From Acinetobacter marinus (GTDB lineage Bacteria > Pseudomonadota > Gammaproteobacteria > Pseudomonadales > Moraxellaceae), in the NCBI RefSeq assembly GCF_900096915.1, contig NZ_FMYK01000002.1:32808-64807 (forward strand): a stretch of DNA of 32,000 nucleotides, written 5' to 3'. Positions 26,639-32,000 of the stretch are shown piece by piece. The position numbers were made by a program, and so were the translations under genes. Position 1 is the stretch's first letter. Each line of letters starts with the position of its first letter. Under the pieces are notes generated by a model that did no database searches, was not told the origin of the DNA, and saw only the letters and a list, made by a program, of their open reading frames with translations.

Positions 26639-26670
26639 ACGCCTGCAATCACAGATCAGATTGCAGGCGT
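26639..26670 (-). terminator. Hairpin/terminator after the proximal porin gene
   Basis: ACGCCTGCAAT-N10-ATTGCAGGCGT, followed by TTCCTATTTT on the minus strand. Confidence 0.6.
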
Positions 26671-26711
26671 TGATGTGCTTTAGGAATATCGCATCTTAAA
26701 GCATGGCTAAT

Positions 26712-27470
26712 TTAGAAGGTTTTGGTCAAGGTAAATACCGCACCAGTTTCCACACCACGCTTAGTTACATTGCTCATGTCATCAGTGTCGATGTCTGTAC
26801 CGACAGCTGCTAATTCGGCAGTTAAACCATCAAACATCGGAATCGCATAGTTTACACCAACTTTCCAATCGAGATAATCATCACTGCCTTTGCTGTCAAA
26901 TTCGTAGTCAGATGTCGTGGTATAACCGAGGCTGGCAACACCACCAAAGCCTGCGCCAAATGGAATCGAATAGGTTGCGTTGAAGTACCATTGATCACCT
27001 TCAGCACCATCACCTAGGAAGTCATTGGCATAGTTGATATTAGTCATCAAGCTATCATCAGCGGTAATCAGTGAGCCGAAGGTTAAGCGAGCATAAAATT
27101 CTGCCCAATTTAGCTCTGATGCACTTGGATAGTTGTAATACCACACACCCACATCAAGCACTGGCTTTGATGCAAAAGCACTGAGTTCAGTCGAATAGCC
27201 TAAGTATGGATCAAGCTCCAAATGTGGGTCATCTGTACCGAAGTTAACATTAGAACCCCACACGCCAGCATACACACCTGAAGTATGTGCAAAGTTAAAC
27301 CCTGCTTGTAAAGCGGCATCGCTTTGCGTTTGTGTAAGACCACGATAGCGATAATCTGAAGTTAATGCAGCACTACCAGAAAGTGTCACTGCGCTTTCTG
27401 CTGCAAGTGCTATACCACTCGTGCAAGTGATCAATGAGGCAGCCAAAAGTGTAGAAAGTTTAAAGTTCAT
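26712..27470 (-). CDS. TorF-family putative outer-membrane porin, paralogue 2
   Basis: Same length (252 aa) as the downstream copy and identical at most positions. Confidence 0.75.
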   Translation of the reverse strand: MNFKLSTLLAASLITCTSGIALAAESAVTLSGSAALTSDYRYRGLTQTQSDAALQAGFNFAHTSGVYAGVWGSNVNFGTDDPHLELDPYLGYSTELSAFASKPVLDVGVWYYNYPSASELNWAEFYARLTFGSLITADDSLMTNINYANDFLGDGAEGDQWYFNATYSIPFGAGFGGVASLGYTTTSDYEFDSKGSDDYLDWKVGVNYAIPMFDGLTAELAAVGTDIDTDDMSNVTKRGVETGAVFTLTKTF

Positions 27471-27540
27471 GTAGGTATTCCCCTGAGCAATATAATGAAT
27501 TCAAATCGTACTGATTTGATTTATAAACTTGCATAGACTT

Positions 27541-27556
27541 AGCAAGCATTGTGCCA
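27541..27556 (-). promoter_or_regulatory. Sigma-54 (-24/-12) promoter: TGGCACAATGCTTGCT
   Basis: Read on the minus strand about 70-85 nt upstream of the ATG at 27470. Fits TGGCAC-N5-TTGCW. Confidence 0.7.
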
Positions 27557-27653
27557 ATTTGTTAACTTATTGTTTTGTCGCGTGTGAAAAGCGTAAAAAG
27601 TGCGATTGGTCACAGAAAATAAACTGAAAGAATGGGAGAAATTCCCAGAGTGT

Positions 27654-27686
27654 AAAAAAATGGTGCAAAATATCAATTTTGCACCA
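27654..27686 (-). terminator. Perfect 11-bp-stem hairpin with T-run (second terminator after thrC, or an activator site)
   Basis: TGGTGCAAAAT-ATCA-ATTTTGCACCA, followed on the minus strand by TTTTTTT. Confidence 0.5.
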
Positions 27687-27752
27687 TTTATAATCAAACT
27701 GTATCAAATTGTATAAATCAATGTTCAAGGATTTCCAGTTGCATCACTTCAA

Positions 27753-27779
27753 CAAAAAAGCCAATCACGAGGATTGGCT
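27753..27779 (-). terminator. Rho-independent terminator of hom-thrC
   Basis: AGCCAATC-N5-GATTGGCT followed by TTTTTT on the minus strand, about 55 nt after the thrC stop. Confidence 0.7.
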
Positions 27780-27831
27780 CTGTTCTGCATAAAAAAATGG
27801 TTTCAGCGCAGTATTTGGATTGAAGAAAGGC

Positions 27832-28977
27832 TTATTTTTCCATATTGCTCAAAATTGATGTTCTTACATCATCTAGTGTCGCATTGATGGTGAGCATCAC
27901 AGCATCGGCACATTGTTTGATCGCAGTGTCAGGATCTTTTAGACCATTACCAGTCACTGTGCAAACGATCACCGAACCTTCAGCGATTTTACCTGCTTTG
28001 ATATCACGGATTGCACCGCCGATTGAAGCCGCCGATGCAGGCTCTACAAACACACCTTCATACATTGATAGCATGCGCTGTGCATCTAAGATTTCTGCAT
28101 CAGTCAATTCATCAAACCAACCATTTGAGTCACGAGCTACAGCTTTGGCATGATTCCAACTTTGTGGATTACCAATACGGATCGCCGTTGCGACAGTTTC
28201 AGGTTGTTCCACTGGCGCACCACGTAAGAACGGCGCAGCACCTGCGGCTTGATAGCCAACCATGGTTGGACGACCTTCAGGTTTTGGTCCTGTGAATTGA
28301 TCAGTTGCTGCATCATAGACCACTTGTTCAAATTGATCAGCAGACTGATTGGCAACCGCTTCGGTGTAGCCCATCCAATGCGCAGTGATGTTCCCTGCGT
28401 TACCGACAGGCAAGCAGTGATAATCAGGCGCACGACCAAGCTCATCCACGATTTCATAGGCAATGGTCTTTTGACCTTGCAGACGATATGGATTGATCGA
28501 GTTCACGATGGTGACAGGTGCTTGATCTGCAACTTCTTTCACCAAGCGCATGCCATCGTCAAAGTTGCCACGGATTTGCATGGTGATCGCACCGTACATC
28601 ATTGACTGTGCCATTTTACCCATGGCAATTTTGCCTTCAGGAATCAACACATAGGCTTTGATTCCAGCACGTGCCGCATATGCAGCAGCAGCAGCAGAAG
28701 TATTACCAGTCGATGCACAGATAATCGCTTTTGAACCTTCTTCAACGGCTTTGGTCACCGCCATGGTCATGCCACGGTCTTTAAATGAACCTGTTGGATT
28801 CAGACCTTCGTATTTGACATAAATCTCGACATTCTTGCCAATCAAACGTGGGATATTCTCAAGTTTGATCAAAGGCGTGTTGCCTTCACCGAGGGAGATA
28901 GCACGAGTAGTAGCAGATACAGGCAAACGATCACGATAGCGATCAACGAGACCAGTATAACGATTGGCATTCGACAT
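27832..28977 (-). CDS. thrC: Threonine synthase
   Basis: 381 aa. PLP-lysine motif NPTGSFKDRG and STGNTSAAAAAYA. Lies downstream of hom. Confidence 0.93.
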   Translation of the reverse strand: MSNANRYTGLVDRYRDRLPVSATTRAISLGEGNTPLIKLENIPRLIGKNVEIYVKYEGLNPTGSFKDRGMTMAVTKAVEEGSKAIICASTGNTSAAAAAYAARAGIKAYVLIPEGKIAMGKMAQSMMYGAITMQIRGNFDDGMRLVKEVADQAPVTIVNSINPYRLQGQKTIAYEIVDELGRAPDYHCLPVGNAGNITAHWMGYTEAVANQSADQFEQVVYDAATDQFTGPKPEGRPTMVGYQAAGAAPFLRGAPVEQPETVATAIRIGNPQSWNHAKAVARDSNGWFDELTDAEILDAQRMLSMYEGVFVEPASAASIGGAIRDIKAGKIAEGSVIVCTVTGNGLKDPDTAIKQCADAVMLTINATLDDVRTSILSNMEK

Positions 28978-29061
28978 GATGGTGTTCCGATGAGTTGTTT
29001 TGAGTCATTGAGGCGGTTTTAAACGATCTCGCCTCGACTCGGTATGTAATAAACGAATAAA

Positions 29062-30366
29062 TTAACTTTCTAAAGATTCTAAACGAATTCGAACGATTTC
29101 GCCATGAATCGCAGGCAGTGCTTGGATTTGCGCAAGCGCATCATCCATCACCGACTCTTTGATTGGGTCGGTCAAAATCACGATCGGAATCAAATCTTTT
29201 AAGCGGGTTTGTTGCATGATGGCATCAATGCTAATCCCTGCACGGCTTAAAATCGTGGTGATGTCAGCAAGTACGCCAGTTTCATCTTCGGCATTGACAC
29301 GGATGTAATGTCCAGTAGTCATGTCCTCACGACTAAGAATCGGTAAATCGGTCAAATCTTCAAAGGCAAAATGTGGAATCGTGCCTGCGCCATCTTCGGT
29401 ATAGCTAATGTCACGTACAATATCGATAATATCAGCCACCACCGCAGACGCTGTAGGCCCCGCACCCGCACCTGCACCATAATACAGCGTCGGTCCAACG
29501 GCATTAGATTGCACCAGAACTGCATTTTTCACGCCATTGACATTGGCAAGTAGTTGCTCTTCAGGAATTAAGGTTGGATGTACACGTAATTCAATGCCTG
29601 TTTCGGCACGACGTGCAATACCTAAATGCTTGATACGATAGCCGAATTCTTCTGCATATTTGACATCTTGTGCAGTGATTTTGCTGATGCCTTCGGTATA
29701 GACTTTGCTAAATTGCAGTGGCATACCAAATGCAATCGAAGCGAGCATCGCCAATTTGTGCGCAGCATCAATGCCTTCCACATCAAAGGTCGGGTCAGCT
29801 TCGGCATAACCTAATTCTTGTGCTTCTTTGAGGACATCCGCAAATGGACGACCTTTTTCACGCATTTCGGTCAGGATAAAGTTGCCTGTACCATTGATAA
29901 TGCCTGCGAGCCAATCAATACGGTTGGCTGCCAAACCTTCACGGATCACTTTGATGATCGGAATACCGCCTGCAACCGCTGCTTCATAGGCGATTTGTAC
30001 GTTGTTGTCATCTGCTGCTTTAAACAGCTCATTACCGTGTTCAGCAAGCAATGCTTTGTTGGCAGTGACGATATGCTTGCCGTGTTTGATCGCTTCTAAC
30101 AGCACTTCTTTGGCAGGGTGAATACCGCCCATGACTTCGATCACCACATCGACATCATCTTGACGTGCGATATTGAGCAAATCTTCACTTTGCTTGATGC
30201 TTGTATCGAGATTTAAATCTGGGCGAGGACGACGTGTACCGACATGGGTGATTTGAATCTCTCGACCTGTACGGCGTTTAATTTCTGCGGCATTGATTTG
30301 TAATAATTCAAGAACGCCACCACCGACGGTACCCAAACCAAGTATAGCCAGACGAACTGGTTTCAC
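29062..30366 (-). CDS. hom: Homoserine dehydrogenase
   Basis: NAD-binding N-terminus VRLAILGLGTVGGG and a C-terminal ACT domain. GTG start preceded by GGAG (the track extends to 30447). Confidence 0.9.
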   Translation of the reverse strand: MKPVRLAILGLGTVGGGVLELLQINAAEIKRRTGREIQITHVGTRRPRPDLNLDTSIKQSEDLLNIARQDDVDVVIEVMGGIHPAKEVLLEAIKHGKHIVTANKALLAEHGNELFKAADDNNVQIAYEAAVAGGIPIIKVIREGLAANRIDWLAGIINGTGNFILTEMREKGRPFADVLKEAQELGYAEADPTFDVEGIDAAHKLAMLASIAFGMPLQFSKVYTEGISKITAQDVKYAEEFGYRIKHLGIARRAETGIELRVHPTLIPEEQLLANVNGVKNAVLVQSNAVGPTLYYGAGAGAGPTASAVVADIIDIVRDISYTEDGAGTIPHFAFEDLTDLPILSREDMTTGHYIRVNAEDETGVLADITTILSRAGISIDAIMQQTRLKDLIPIVILTDPIKESVMDDALAQIQALPAIHGEIVRIRLESLES

Positions 30367-30453
30367 GTCAAACTCCAATATTAGATGATAAAAATTATTT
30401 CGATCATAGCGAAAAAGCGACCTAGACTCTAGCGCTAGATCGCTCATCTTGCA

Positions 30454-31281
30454 TTATTTTTTCGAGGTGGTTTCTTCTAAGCGTTGCAGCAGTGCATCAG
30501 GCTCAATATAACCCGCCAAATAGCGTCCATCTTCGCTGTAGATCGCAGGTGTACCGTTGACGCCGATCTTTGAACCAAGCTGATATTGTGCCATCACAGG
30601 GTTGGTACATTCAGCAGCGACCACAGGCAAGCCAGCGACCGCTGAACTAAATGCTGCTTTACGATCTTCACTACACCAAATGCTTTGCATGGTCGGGAAG
30701 AATTGCTCGCCACGAGGCCAAGCGATATAACGCACTTCGATACCTTTGCTGTTGATTTCGTCCATGTGCTCGTGCAGTTTGTGGCAGTACGGACAGCTAG
30801 AATCGGTAAAGACATAGACCACATGCTTGGTTTTGCCTTTGGCTGGATAGACGATTAGGTCTTCTTTTTTCAGTTTGGCAAATTCAGCTTTGTTATCACC
30901 TGCTTGCAAATCTTCACTGACATTATGAATTGCACTTTCACCAAGTCGAATCATGTCACCTTGAAAGATATATTTGCCATCGCTACTTGCTAATACCGCA
31001 GGGAAGCCGTCCAAAGTCACCCAAAACCAGTTTGGAATCTCGGTGGCTTTGACATTGATAATTTTGGCTTTTAAACCTGCTTTGTCAAAGTTGGCTTGCA
31101 GTGTTTTGATAAAGCGTTGCTGTGCATTACGCTCAGTCAGTGTCGATGCTTCACCAGATACAGGTGTGGTTGCGGTGATTTCATTGTTATTGCTTGAGTT
31201 CGCATCATTTTTTGAACATGCAGATACACCGAGTATGCTGCCCATCAATACTGCGCTCAGCGCAAATTTCAACAATTGCAT
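30454..31281 (-). CDS. dsbC: Thiol:disulfide interchange protein, DsbC/DsbG family
   Basis: Signal peptide MQLLKFALSAVLMGSILGVSAC and a thioredoxin-fold CPYC active site (FTDSSCPYCHKLH). xerD-dsbC synteny as in E. coli. The start choice is moderately certain. Confidence 0.8.
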   Translation of the reverse strand: MQLLKFALSAVLMGSILGVSACSKNDANSSNNNEITATTPVSGEASTLTERNAQQRFIKTLQANFDKAGLKAKIINVKATEIPNWFWVTLDGFPAVLASSDGKYIFQGDMIRLGESAIHNVSEDLQAGDNKAEFAKLKKEDLIVYPAKGKTKHVVYVFTDSSCPYCHKLHEHMDEINSKGIEVRYIAWPRGEQFFPTMQSIWCSEDRKAAFSSAVAGLPVVAAECTNPVMAQYQLGSKIGVNGTPAIYSEDGRYLAGYIEPDALLQRLEETTSKK

Positions 31282-31706
31282 AAATTGCCTATGTCTAAAG
31301 TCAATTTGGAATGACCGCATAATATAGCAAAAAGCAGGAACACTGCCTAGCAAATATACGATGTGCAAGTTAGAGTGGTTTCAATAGAGCACTAAAAGTA
31401 ATTAAAGAAACAAACATAACTAGGTTTAAAGGAAGTACACAGTAATAATTTTTAAAAGCATAACATTTTAGACAAGGTCTTGCCGTGTATGCGCATAAGT
31501 CTGGATTAACCTTCGGTTCGACCTACTTTTCTTTCGGGAAAAGTAGGCAAAACCATTTGTCAGTCGCAAACTCGGTCATGTATTAAAATTTATCCAACGC
31601 TTTGAAAAACGTCATTTTGCTAATGTTGTCCTGACCTCGAGCAATGCGACTGACGTTCCCACGAATCAGATAATTTCTACTCATCTTATGTAAAACTCAG
31701 GTTGAA

Positions 31707-32000
31707 TTAACCACGTGGATGATGTTGTTGATGCAGTTGTTGCATGCGCATTTGTGCCACGTGGGTATAAATCTGTGTGGTGGATAAATTGGCATGTCCA
31801 AGGAGCATCTGTACCACACGCAAATCTGCACCGTGATTGAGTAAATGTGTGGCGAAGGCATGACGCAACACGTGTGGTGAGATATCTTGCTGAATGTCGG
31901 CTTGTAAGGCATAGCGTTTGATTGCATACCAAAAGTTTTGCCGAGACATCACACCGCCATGCTGTGTAAGGAAAAGCGCATCAGTCGATTGTTTGTAGAG
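31707..32000 (-). CDS. xerD: Tyrosine recombinase XerD, C-terminal part (5' end outside the window)
   Basis: [39 protein letters not shown] (H-x-x-R, H and Y catalytic residues). The frame is open to the window edge. Confidence 0.9.
   Translation of the reverse strand, partial: LYKQSTDALFLTQHGGVMSRQNFWYAIKRYALQADIQQDISPHVLRHAFATHLLNHGADLRVVQMLLGHANLSTTQIYTHVAQMRMQQLHQQHHPRG

Noticed and set aside
27583-27614. TGTGA ... TCACA pair upstream of the proximal porin promoter, resembling CRP half-sites
   Set aside because: The half-sites are 22 nt apart instead of the 6 nt required for a CRP site, so this is likely chance.
27661-27686. The perfect inverted repeat TGGTGCAAAAT/ATTTTGCACCA as a bona fide NtrC enhancer
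   Set aside because: The half-site order and spacing differ from the TGCACC-N5-GGTGCA consensus. The hairpin plus T-run is explained well enough as a terminator after thrC. It is kept only as a speculative note within the porin finding.

Overview
This window looks like a gammaproteobacterial chromosome, most likely Acinetobacter/Moraxellaceae. That call rests on AT-rich codon usage, the EF-Tu and ParC sequences, and the thrU-tyrU-glyT-thrT-tufB-tRNA-Trp arrangement; it is recognition, not a database result. Most of the window is ordinary housekeeping: trpE (3' part), a tRNA/tuf cluster, an acyl-CoA thioesterase, parC, fadD, ppa, an MscS-family channel, a DyP peroxidase, argS, a SPOR protein, thrC, hom, dsbC/G and xerD (partial). 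The accessory region lies between tRNA-Trp (3288) and a tandem tRNA-Glu pair (12463-12681) and has two parts. (1) A lipoprotein gene with an internal G9 tract sits exactly between two roughly 84-bp inverted copies of an IS30-family left end; both IS copies are decayed. (2) A compact, roughly 7.6-kb filamentous (inovirus-like) prophage is integrated into the 3' end of tRNA-Glu and bounded by a 52-bp direct repeat. Its genes run repressor, two small ORFs, Rep, ssDNA-binding protein, tiny membrane/zinc-finger ORFs, major coat, an unusual repeat-rich pIII-like protein, a pVI-like protein, Zot/pI, and its own tyrosine integrase. It has no secretin gene. Elsewhere, two tandem TorF-family porin paralogues each carry a near-consensus sigma-54 promoter, and a roughly 140-bp MITE/REP-like palindromic element sits between the DyP gene and a DUF2798 gene. 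No CRISPR array, rRNA or recognisable defence system was seen. All coordinates and motifs were read by eye from the sequence and the ORF track. All family names are recognition-based and need HMM/BLAST confirmation.
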